A DNA stretch of 64,000 nt from Tricharina praecox (lineage: Eukaryota), in the NCBI RefSeq assembly GCF_024521635.1, contig NW_026250424.1:496001-560000 (forward strand). Direction: 5' to 3'. This document shows, in pieces, positions 25,270 through 36,889 of the stretch. Under the pieces are notes generated by a model. It made no database searches. It saw nothing but the letters and a program-made list of their open reading frames with translations, and was not told the DNA's origin. Position numbers and translations under genes: made by a program. Every line of letters begins with the position of its first letter. The stretch's first letter is position 1.

Positions 25270-26089
25270 CAGACCCTCCAACAGTTCGAACTGGTAACAA
25301 ACCGGGGGTATTTCCGGACCAACCAACTGTTGGGGGGTAGTGAACTGAACCAACTGGCAAACAGAACCAACTGCGAAGTTTTGAACTGGGAAAACTGCTT
25401 GTCCCACCAGTTCAGTGAGGCTTAAAAGTCTGGACAAAACCCCGTCGCCACCACCAACCCTCCGGCCAACCGCCTACAACCCACCAGCCAGTCGCTACTG
25501 TCAACCCAGCGCCCAAAGGACGTCGCCGGTTGATGAACTCCAGGACTGCATATTATTCATTGTTTGTCGAATGGAATGTTCGAAACAGTCCTGCTGCGAT
25601 CGAATGGTGGCTTGAACCGCGCCAGAAACGACGTTTTCCTAACCTCAGCCGGATGGCGATCAACATTCTGTCTATTCTAGTCATGTCGGCTGAGGTTGAA
25701 CAACTATTCTCCGAGTGCAACATGATTCTTACTGATAATCCACATTCCCTAAGTACCGAGAGTGTTGAAGCTCTGGAGAGTATCAAGAGGTTCAATCGCC
25801 GTGCTCCCATGGGTAGTAGGTAGCATCAGAGTAGGTAGTAATTCAGAACTTTTACTGTACTCATCTTCTATCGCTTTGTCCGTGATCATGGGAACCTATC
25901 TCGCCCACTTTGGCTGCCCTGGCAGAACTGACAGTTCTGCCAGTTTTCCCGGGAACAACTGCTAGACTTACCTAAACCAACTGGGAACTGACAGCCTCTG
26001 TTCCCAACTGAACCAGGAACAAAATCAACCAGAACTGAACTGTTTAAACCAGTTTTCCCATTTGAACCGACTAACCGTTGGAGGGTCTG
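25270..26089 (+). mobile_element. Non-autonomous hAT DNA transposon (820 bp deletion derivative)
   Basis: TIRs cagaccctccaac(a/g)gtt at both ends. The 8-bp flanks gttacatg / gcgacatg match 6/8 (decayed TSD). Internal hAT dimerization-domain remnant IEWW...RFPNLSRMAINILSILVMSAEVEQLFS. Subterminal aactg/aacc repeats. Confidence 0.9.
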
Positions 26090-27243
26090 GCGACATGGTG
26101 TTTACCTTGGAACCGGGGACTGCAACCATACTACTATACACAGATCTTTACTGACCTTCTCATACATATCTTCTCCTACCTCATACCTCAGCACTTACAG
26201 CACACTTCGCCCTTACCCATCGCACTCTGGAGTCTGCTCGTTCCACTTCCGCTTCCGCTTCGTCCAATATACCGGTAGTTACATACAGCACAGCAGGTGC
26301 CGCTGTCTAGCGGTCTAGCGCGGTCCCACAGATCTCGGAGAACTTTAGTATCACGCGGTGCGATCACCGGTCACTGATAACTGATGTATGTACAATTCGC
26401 CACCAGGCGAGGCCAGCTAGGGCTTCGAAGTTCGAAGGCCGTAACGAGGGACGCGAATTGAACGTCTACATAGCCGTTGGAAGCGCCATTGTGCTAGCCG
26501 CCCCTCCCCCTCCTCTGCAACCCAACCCACCCACTCCGCTCTCACGATATTGCCATGATCTACTTAGCTAGGCCATGTGCAATCAATGACTAAACCAAAA
26601 ATAACACTCCGCTCCCACCAGGGGAATTACCATAATCTGCGCAGGTCGTGTGCAATCAACGCCGAAACAGACCGACACCCAGTTGAATCCGTGTTTCGTG
26701 TATCTACTCTCAAGCTCGAGTAATAGAACATCGTTATCTCCGAGAGCCCACCGTGATGTCGCCGAATCTTACGGTACCTGTGGATATCGACGAGGGGGTT
26801 GGGTTGGATTCGCCCCACCTCAGCACTCCCACCGTCCCACGAATATGGCCGCGTTTAGGTGGCCTGCCTACCTAAGTTAAGGATAGAAATATGTGCCAAA
26901 TGACTTTTAATACCTACACACGAGCTACAAAAGCCCTCCGATGCGTGCGTATACTATGTGTGCCCCCGTAGAGGTCATAGATGAAGGAGAATGCCCTACA
27001 CATGTACGATGATCTTGTTTGCTTGTGAATCACAGCTTTCCTTCCTCCCATTGTTTCCAACACGACACGACACAAGAGCAAAAATCGACCGTCTTCCTCC
27101 TCGTATACTGGTTCAATTTTCGTCACAATTGGCATTCACCTGGCTTTGATTTCTTGCTTCAAACTTTGAAGAGTCATTGTTTTTGTCAAAAAGAGTTTGA
27201 AGCACACAATCGCACCCGGTACTCGCATTCCAATCCAACAATC

Positions 27244-28303
27244 ATGTCACAGATCAAAGTCACCTACAAGCAATTCCCACTCCCCGCTTCCGCTCCCCAT
27301 CACTAACCTCCCATCCAGCGCAACCCCCTCATCCTTCTTCACATCAACCTCCACCCAGCTCGTCCAAACCTGGCAGAACTCCGAGCCACTCGCCCTCCTC
27401 CGGCAGTACCTCACAGGCCAGCCTCCCGTTCTCCAGGAGTTCCTTCTTTACACCACCTCCCTAGACGGAAAGCTCCACCTCTTCCTCATCAAGACCTCCA
27501 CGAGTCTCGATGTAGGGGTCTACTCCAACGTCCCGATTGACCACATCGACGTACTACAGCACTGCGAGTCGCTCGTCGACGCGCTGGGGCATCGCCACGA
27601 ACCGCTGCCGACATCGTTCGTGGGCGATGCTTGGCTGGCTGGTCCGCTCGCGCAGGCGATCGCCCACCGCAAGAGCGTGGAAGAGACCTCCTCCTGTTTC
27701 TTCAAGCGGACCGAGTATTCCACCTCCCCTCGAACGGCGTACACGGCCACCGTGCTGTTCCCAGGGGCCAACCTCGCCGGCGTCCCGAAACCGGTCCCAG
27801 AGGTCTGCCAGGTCACTGCGGATGATAATCAATACTACTGCGAGACGTTGCTGGACATGTTCGGCGACGACGACCCCGCGGTTCCCGTAGACTTTGTGGG
27901 CCGCTGTGCGGGCGCGGATGATATCTAGGCGTACTTCCACGCGGGCCGGGTTGTTTCCGTGGCGTGGCTGGCAAGCACTGCGATCGGCGGCAGCGGCGGG
28001 AAGCGCCTCCTCGGCCTTTACACCGTGCCGGATATGCGCCGGTGGGGCTTCGCAGCGCACGTGCTGGGAACAATAATCCATACGCTGCTGGAGACGGGGG
28101 AGATTGGTTACCTGTCGATGATGTGCGAGCGGGATACCGCTACGGAGGATCTGTGCGATAAGTTCGAACTCGGTTCCGATGAGAACCGGAGCTATGTTCT
28201 TGAAAACTACGAGGTCGTCAAGACATCAAGGTTTGGCAGGCCGGAAGTCGCCTTTGGAGCGGGAATCGCGGCTGTTGTGGGTTGGTGGGTTTACCTCGTC
28301 TAG
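27244..28303 (+). pseudogene. GNAT (FR47-like) acetyltransferase gene with in-frame TAG at 27926-27928; pseudogene or editing-dependent gene
   Basis: ATG 27244 joins the long ORF through a GC-AG intron (27270-27318, branch CTAAC). The frame continues past the TAG into a motif-A-like LYTVPDMRRWGFA and ends at 28303. Confidence 0.65.
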
Positions 28304-28586
28304 GATGGGTGCTTTGTTTCGTTTTGGTCTGTAGAGGGAATGGGGCGTTAAGGCCGGCGTTTTTGTCTTTTTGACTAGAAGTTTGGTAGAGTATTTCGCG
28401 GAATGGCAAAATGGATACTACAAGCCACTATTACGATTGAGTGGAATCGAATTGAAAGTAATACCTTTCACGCCATCGTACACTCTCTAATACCGTAGTC
28501 TAACTAAGCAGCCTTTCCAACCGACCTAGCCTCAGACTGCCATCAATTGATATCATACACCTCTCGCAGTACACGTCCATTCGGAC

Positions 28587-28891
28587 TCATGAATTCTTAT
28601 CGATGTCCTTCCACATCTGCACAGTCTCCTGGCGCTTCTCATTCGCCTTCTCGCGGTTCTTCCTCGTGCGTTCGATACGCTCGGCGCGCAGACACTTCGT
28701 GACGTCGCGCTTCGCCTGGTTGCACATGCCTGACGCCTTGTAGAGGAAGCCGCGGGCATGGCACTCGTCGAGGGCGATCATTACGTCCTCGCATCCTGGT
28801 AGTCCCGTGAGTTGCTGGCGAAGGAAGTGGTGGTAGGAGAGCGAGAGGGTAACGAACCTCGATTGTCCTTGGTGTGGAGATGTGGGTGCAT
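28587..28891 (-). CDS. CMC2: COX assembly twin-CX9C protein, Cmc2-like
   Basis: MHPHLHTKDNRG/CEDVMIALDECHARGFLYKASGMCNQAKRDVTKCLRAER after removing intron 28796-28857. Confidence 0.88.
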
Positions 28892-29322
28892 CGTGGCCGT
28901 CGTCGTACCTGAGCAGGAGGAGGGAAGGGGGGGTGTTGTTCGCGGTGGTGGGGAAGTGGTGGGGTGAGAGGTGAGGTGAGGTGAGGTGTGGTGAGACCGG
29001 ATGTTTGGACCTTGTGCCACCAACGAAGCAAAGCTAACTAGCCTAGGATGCCTGGGGGGGCCAGCGGAGGAGCCGCACAGGGGTAAGCTCCGGCTCTAGA
29101 TCTTCTGCCCCGCGTTGTTCATTCCCGCCACACACCACACACCACCACCATCAGCATCATCAGCAGCAGCATCATCATCAGCATCATCATCACACCTTTA
29201 CACCTCACACCGCCAGCCAGCCAACACCAACACCCACGACCGACCGACCCCGACCCCCGACAGGTGCGCCCCAGACTCTGCCCCGCCCCGAAGACAACAT
29301 CGACCACATCAAGCAAGAAAGC

Positions 29323-30545
29323 ATGGCCACACAGGCGGCAGCAGCGCGGCGCCAGCAAGGTATGCACTCACTCACTCACCACCACCGTCACTCCTGGATC
29401 CGTAAAACACAGCGACGGAGGGCTAACTTTTTTTCCTCGGAGGATGTGGAAAAATTTAGAGCTGCAGAATCAGTACAGCAATTACAAGAGCACACTGCAA
29501 CAGCTCGCATCAAAGATTGGCGACGTGGAGCAAGAAGCAGAGGAGCACAAGTTCGTCGTCCTCCTCGTCCGCAGAATTCTATCATCAATGCATCCCCCCT
29601 CTCCCCCCCCTCCCCCATGTGTCACACACACATACACATACACACACATACGCACACACGCAATCGGCCATCCCATTTTTTCCTTCTGGAATGTTCTTTT
29701 CATCTGGAGGGGTGGTGGGGTATATGCGAGGAACTATGCTTGGTTCGCGCTGGCAGCGCAGCTGCAGCGTTTCACTGGCCATCGACGCCGACACCACCGG
29801 CCGCCGCGAATGCCGCGCCACACCCACCCACCATTACACACACACATACATACATACACTTTCATCCGAACAGGAGGGGTGCTAATAGTTACAATGGTTG
29901 GGTGTGGGTGTGGTGGGTGTGGGTGGGGAGATGCGGAAGTGCCTTTTTTTTACTTTTACTTTTCCTTTCTTCACCATCACTCTGTTTGGTCGGATAGCCT
30001 TCATCGATCACTGGCTAACGTAACCACGTTGTATTTTCCCAGGCTCGTACTCGAAACCCTCGGACCGGTGCCAAAGGACCGCAAGTGTTTCCGTCTGATC
30101 AACGGAGTTCTTGTCGAGCGAACGGTCGAGGACGTCATACCTGCCTTGCAAACGAATGCCGACGGACTCAAAAATGTGCTGGAGGGCTTCGTAAAGGAAT
30201 ACAAGAAAAAACAGGAGGAGATGGAGAACTGGAAGGTACGAGCGCCTTGTTTCTTACCCCCCACTTCCCGTACTCGTTTGCTTCGTGGTCTAGAGGGGGA
30301 TTCCCGGCGACATTCTGTAGTGGTGTGCGATGCCTACACATGACTGTGTCGTGTATGCAAGGCACACGCACCACAAACAGAAGTCTTCTCTCTTCGGAGA
30401 ATTTCCTGGCGATCATTTCATCCACATCCGCAGCTACTAGTTCCCCCCCCCCCCCGCGGGCCCCCAGTCGAAACATGGTTACTGACTTTTGACGTTTGTC
30501 TACTCTATCTAGACCAAGAACAACATCCAGGTCGTGCAGCAATAA
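29323..30545 (+). CDS. GIM4: Prefoldin subunit 2
   Basis: Exons 29323-29359, 29460-29550, 30043-30235 and 30513-30545 give ELQNQYSNYKSTLQQLASKIGDVEQEAEEHKLVLETL...RKCFRLINGVLVERTVEDVIPAL...WKTKNNIQVVQQ*. Confidence 0.93.
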
Positions 30546-31686
30546 TGATCCGATGATAATATTGTTCTACTACGGGATGCGGTCTGGAAAATGATGAATA
30601 CCACTACGTTTTTTTGCTCCGTACGAGAGAGAGAGTACAGTTGTACATGCATACAGGCACAGGCAGGGCTGGCTGGCTAGGCAGAGCAGGCAGATCAGGC
30701 ACTGCTGCTGGGAATCCAGATTCCGTACCTACCTAACCAACATCTGAGCTGGTTGGCCCGCTGCGATCTACAGTGATACCAGTCCGATCCCCAATCCGGA
30801 CGTCACTTGTAAAGTAGTCACATACATAGAGTACACACACACACTACAAGAAACCCGAAGAAATGGCACACCACCAGCAGCAGCAGGAGTAGCAGCAGTC
30901 TTGCTTGCTGCGCAGGGGCGCAAAGATCCTTGCTGCTGCTGCTTCGACCGACCAGCCAGCCAGCCAGCCAGCCAGCCAGCAGGCCCAGCAAGCACCATCT
31001 ATCCTGAAACCACCACATCTCGCTGTGCTGGTGGATGGAGAAGGGAAAATAGAGTATGACCTACCTAAGTAGCTCTTGCAGGCTGCTGCTGCTGCAGAGT
31101 GAGGTATCACCCACCATTGGCCGCGGAAATCTCTGTACATACATACATTCATACATGGCTCTGTATGTAGTTCAGAGTTCTACGAGTCTTCTAGAACAAT
31201 GGTCCGTACTAGTAGTTATATTGCGGGGTGCCGGGGACCATGGACCATGGGCATCATTGGCCGCCGGGAGTGTCGAACTCGGGCACTCTGGAGTGGGGCC
31301 CTGTATCCTATGTGTATCCTATGTGGGTTAGACTTCACTACTCTAGAGTGGTGAATAACCAAACCGAATCCGGCCGCCTGTCACCCTGTACGAGTAGAGC
31401 TGAGCAGAAGCAGAGCTGATATACCGGTATGTAGAGTGTGTGCCTGTCGCGAACCACGATCCAACACATACAGCGTGGTGAGGCAGGAGGAGGGAGGCAG
31501 GAGGAGGTGGGGAGGAGGAGGAGGGGGGGAGGAGGAGGGGCGGGCGGGAAGAAATGGAAGGAGGGGGGGGGGGAGGAGGGGGGATGCTCTCACTACTCTA
31601 GAGTAGACGTCGATGCCACCCTATGGGAAATCGTAGAGTATGTGGGGAGGGAGTGGGGGAGGCTGTCCAGTGTCGAGGGCGTGAGT

Positions 31687-31780
31687 TGTCTGTCTGTATG
31701 CCTGTCTGTCTGTCTGTATGCCTGTCTGTCTGTCTGTATGCCTGTCTGTCTGTCTGTATGCCTGTCTGTCTGTCTGTCTG
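31687..31780. repeat. Compound TCTG microsatellite / 20-bp tandem repeat
   Basis: (tctgtctgtatgcctgtctg) repeated about 4 times. Confidence 0.9.
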
Positions 31781-34700
31781 AGCAGCGGAATAGAGTGTGC
31801 CCACTGCGCATCCCATACCATAGCATGCCATGGGGAAATCGGTGTCGACGTCGACCCCATGCCTCTCAGCCCCGGACGGGGGTGGGGGGATGACGTTGTT
31901 CCGGTCGGCGGTCGCAGCCTCGTGGGATGCACTCTAGATAACGTTTTCTTTTTCTTTTTCTTTTCCTTTTTTTCTCCCTGTCCGGCTCCGTCCAGTATCC
32001 CGTTGGCCTAAGGAATGATATTTTTTCTCCGGCATGGTGAAAGTTTTTTTAGTTTTTGTCTTTCGGGTTGCGCATTGCGTATTGCTGGTTGCTGGATGCT
32101 GGAGCTGCTGCTGGTTGCTGGAGTTGCTGGTGGGTTGATGCGTTGTCAAACGAAAAGAGAAAAAATATTTTTATGCGTTTTGCGGGGGCAGGGCAGAGTA
32201 AGACCGGGCAGGGCAGAGCAGGACCGGGCAGAGCAGAGCAGAGTAGAGTTTCGCTTCACGGCTCCTGTCCGAAGGCCGAAGGCTTTGTTGTTTTTGTTGT
32301 TGTTGCGTCAGTAAGTTTTGTTTTGTTTTGTTTTCTCTCCGTCTGGTTGTTGTGGTGGTGGTGGTGCAGATGTACCGTGTTTACTCTATTTCGAGCGGGA
32401 GATGGTTGATACCTAATGATTGGATCGTTGGAGCATGGGAATCCAGATCCAGGGCTCCGTGGCGTTTGTTTTGCTGGTCCTGATGCGACTGCTGGCTGTC
32501 TGGCTGCAGGAAACGATCGACAGCCCCTTCCCGCTGCGATAAGACTGGTCGCCTTCCATGTTCCCCGGTCTCGGGGGGAGGGGAGGGAGGGGGGAGAGGG
32601 GGGATTTTTTCTTTCTTGCGGTGTGTGAACCCCACACATATCATACGCACGTCGACGGTCCCGACCAACCAGTCAACCCCCCACTGGCACCGGCAACCAC
32701 GAACAGACAGAGCCACTCATGAAGGCTCACTCACTCACTCACAGGGCTGTGCACAGAGAGAGGGTAGTGTGCCTTAGCTTGCATGACGTTCACCGTGATG
32801 TGATGCCAGCTGTGAGACATGTTTCACGATTGTCAATCTGTCGGCCTGCCTGCTGGCTTGGTGTATAGTATAAACTAGTACATAATCATCTCGTGGCGGG
32901 AGATCGATTGGCCAGTAGAGCATGTATCTACCGTACATACAGCAGCGTGTGTGTGTCCATCCAGCCCAAGTCACACAACATATCCGTAAGGAACAGCTGA
33001 ATGTGTGTATGAAGTATGTACATACTCGAGAAGTACGCAGCCGTGGCCGTGGGCGGAAGTTATTCTGGCTGGGGTGTTGGAAATGGAAAGGAGTAACCAA
33101 AGTGAGCCCGCCGGGGCTTGTCGGACCTCCGTGGTGCCCTCAGTTCATGTACCGATCGACAGTTCTGTGCGGTTCGACCCGAGTCGTCGGGGTAGATACT
33201 AGGTACGGTATGTATCATACATAGGCCTGGAGAATGGAGCTAGCCGCGGCCGTGCGTGTGTGTATGTAGAGTATGGTACATCATACCTACCTGGGTAAGA
33301 TGTACTGGCCTGGGTACTCTTGGGGATGGCCGAGCAAGTCGAGTTCGAGATTGCGCGCATGAACGTGAGACCGGATATTGTGCTGCATAGATGAAGAGTG
33401 TGTTCTGGGTGTAGGGTACATCCGAGTTGCGATGTCGTGGGGTCACTCTCGGTAACTTCATCCCCAGTGCGGACAAGTCGGAGCAGATGACAGCTGTCTG
33501 GATGTGGCCCGGCCAAGGCACAGGGAGATGCCATCCACGAGCAATCCCTAACTAACAATGCAGTCTGCTCAGCGCATGTACGGCACTAGTTAGTACGTGA
33601 GTAAGTGCGGTACAAAGGTGGGGGAATCCTGCGCTCTCGGCGCATAGAGCTCCAGAGACGCCGCTGTCGGTCGGTCGGCTTGGACCGAGGGAAATTGGTT
33701 GCCTCTGGAGGAGATTGAGCCGTTGTTGTTGTGCTGGCCATCCATCGAGCGGCCTTGCATCCGCCTCCAATCCATCTCGCCGGTGAGATGAAAACGAAAT
33801 GCGTATAAACATTCCATCCATCCAATTCCGGTGTATTTATTTTTTGGAAATTGAGGGGGTGGTGATTTCCCCGATGCCGAATCGATGGACGAGGTTGGCG
33901 CAGTGAGATGGGATTGGCCATGGGCAATGCAGCAATGCAGCAGCGCAGCAGTGCAGAGTGCAGCATTCTGAATGGCTAGCGCACCGACGTCACGCTCGCA
34001 TCCCATAGTCATCGACGTACAGGTCAACGGGGTAGGTACGGTACACATACCCAGAGCAGAGTGCGTATGTAGAGCATGCATCCACCAGGGCCTGGCGATG
34101 CATGTACCTACCTAGAGTGCCTTCTCCAGCGTCAAGGTTCGCCATGGCTATCGATATCGCCGTGGTGGCAGACATCTGGGGCATGAGGCACGAGGCGTGG
34201 GCCATGGGGGTATGAGGGCATGGGGGAACATGAAGATGGATGCACGCGCCGCGAAATCGGATCGGGGACGAAGGTACCGGTACGTACGAGTGAAGCAGAG
34301 AACAGCCGTCTCAGTTGTCGGCTTTTTCATTTCCTCGTGGCAGCTGGGGTGGCCATCGGGCTGGATGAAATGCGACAGATGTGCTGCACGGGAACTCTGG
34401 GGGCGCAGGGCAGGATGTGCCTGTGCCTGTCCGTCCATCTATCCATCCATCGCGCGTAGTACGAACGAATCTGGGCGGCGTCAGCCAGCGCTCGAATGAT
34501 GGTGACAGCAACACGAGCGAGTAGGTGGGTAGGAGCACCCGCTCCCATCGACCCTGGCCGCGGATCATCACAGTACAGCCGTGTTGCTGTTTCACAAGAC
34601 GACTGGACCAGCAGGACCAGCCACCCAAGACATGGCATTCGTTCATTCATGTCCGGCTCCCAGCCTCTCCTTCTCTTCGGGCACCCCATCCGAAGGATCG

Positions 34701-35914
34701 GTCGGTCACATGTTCGGAGAGTATGTAGGGGAGTCGGATGCCGATGCTCAGCGGATCTGTTTCTTTCTTGCTGGTTTTGCCTTGCTGTGTTTTTACTTCC
34801 GGCCGCTCTCCCGAAGAACTCTCCCCCGTCCCTTCTCCCGCTCCCTCCGATTCGGCACGGTATAGAGTAGAGCACCTAGTAGTTGGTAGCTCGCCGAGAC
34901 GGCCATCACTCACCGGCACGCTCGTTCGGGCCCGACTGTTTCGGGAGGCCCGTTCTCCTTGCTGGCTCTCTGGGACCAATCAATCAAACCGATCTGCCTG
35001 TTGTTGCTGCTGACTGCCGGTCGCCCCAAGCCACTGCAAGGGTGGGACCGAGTAGGAAGGCAGGACGGAGAGTGAAAAAACCCCACAGGGACGGGCCACC
35101 GAAGGATCCCCGACGCACGCAGCCGCGGCGGCCGAAAAGCTACATCTTCTACTCCTGCTTTGCTAGACAACCCTGGACAGCTAGAAAGACGTGTGCGAGA
35201 GCCGCAACGCCACAGACAGAGTTGGGTAGCTTGGAACTGGCGAACTCGCTCGCTCGCTCTCGCCTGTAGTAGTACTCCTGTGTTCTTCTGACCGGACACG
35301 GGCTTTTTTTTTTCAGTCGCGTTTCCCACAACTCCTCTCCAACCATCCATCAACGTCAACGTCAACAACAATAGCCACCAACCACCAACCACCGCCACCA
35401 GTCAATCGTGCCCGTCCGTCCATCACTCTGCCAGTCGGCCGGCCAGTAACCAAGTCCGTACTTACTCGGTCACTCAGCTCGCCCACCGCCGCACAGCACG
35501 TACAGCACGTACAGCAAGCACGCACATCGCACTGCACGGAGGAAGAGAAGGCTCCCGCATCCGCCCGCTCCGCCGCTCCCGCTCCCGCTCACCCACACCA
35601 ACAACACACCAACACACTCCGGCCATCACCACTACCTCCACCACCACCACCACTATCCTCGTTCAGCGTCACCCCCCCCCCCTCCCCGACTGCCTTGTTA
35701 CGCCCGACAGACTGGTGCCATCTATTCTTTTGCGGCAACAGCTCTATACACCTTACAAGTCGAATTAATTAACCAGCCAAATCCAAATCCAACCCCTACC
35801 CTCCCATCAGATTGATCTTCGGGCGAATCTGTCCCCACGCACCGAGACGCGTAGCTGCTGCATTGAACTGTGGTCATCGTGCATCGCCACTGAACGTCAG
35901 AGTATAACCCGCCA

Positions 35915-35970
35915 AAACAACAATAACAACAATAACAACAATAGCAATAACAACAACAATAACAACAACT
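35915..35970. repeat. (AAC/AAT)n microsatellite
   Basis: aacaacaataacaacaataac... run. Confidence 0.9.
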
Positions 35971-36889
35971 CCACTGCCACTGCCACTACCATCATCACCA
36001 CTACCACCAATATCGCCCCACCGCTCCCACCTTTCCACACACCTTCATCCCCCCACAACTCAGCCCCAGTGCATCGCTGCCTAGTCCTTCCGACCACTCC
36101 TCCCACCCACCCACCCACCCTTCTCTCACACGCATACGCATACACGCACACATCTGCTGTTGCCGCTCATCCCTTCTCCTACTGCCGCTACTGCTGCCGG
36201 TTTTGCTACTGCCGCTGCCGTTATTGCTGCTGTGTGCTAAGGCGGAAACGTTGGCATCCCCGAAAAAATAATACGGAGAAGAAAAAAACAAGGACCACCA
36301 GCAAATACCCATCCTCCCCCACACACTCTCTCTCGCACGCAAATACCTGCACACTTACACACCTCGCACACACACACACAGACTCACTCACTCACGCTCT
36401 CTCTGTCCTGCCCTGCCCTGCCGTTCGCTGCTGCTGCATCGTTGTCGCTGGCTGTTTGTCGGCGTGGTCTAGCTACCTAGCTCTTCTGTCTGCCGTGCGC
36501 TGCTGCAGCTGCAATCTGCACGCACTCACACGTTATTCCGCCCAGATCCTCCGCCCCATCACTGCCATTACGGGTAGTAATCTGTTTTTCGCAGTTGTAT
36601 CGGTGGTTCCTGTATACACGCAACAGCCACCGCAACTTCCGGCCTGCTTCCTGCACACTCCCCCCCACCCCCCCTCCACCCTCCCCCCCTTCCACCCCAT
36701 CCCAACCTTCGCTCCCAGCACACTGGTCCCGGGAGCCCAGACAGCCCGTCTTCTGCACGAATACCACCACCAATCGAGGTGACGTGTCGTGCCAGCGAAT
36801 AGACTGGCCAGCAGATCCCAGTCAACCAAATCCATCCTTCCTGCAACAGCAAATCCTCTCCAGGAACTGCTAAAATCTGTGAACACTAC

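Noticed and set aside
29264..30343. 359-aa ORF as a single-exon gene
   Set aside because: Read-through of prefoldin-2 introns; the spliced model gives a typical ~115-aa subunit.
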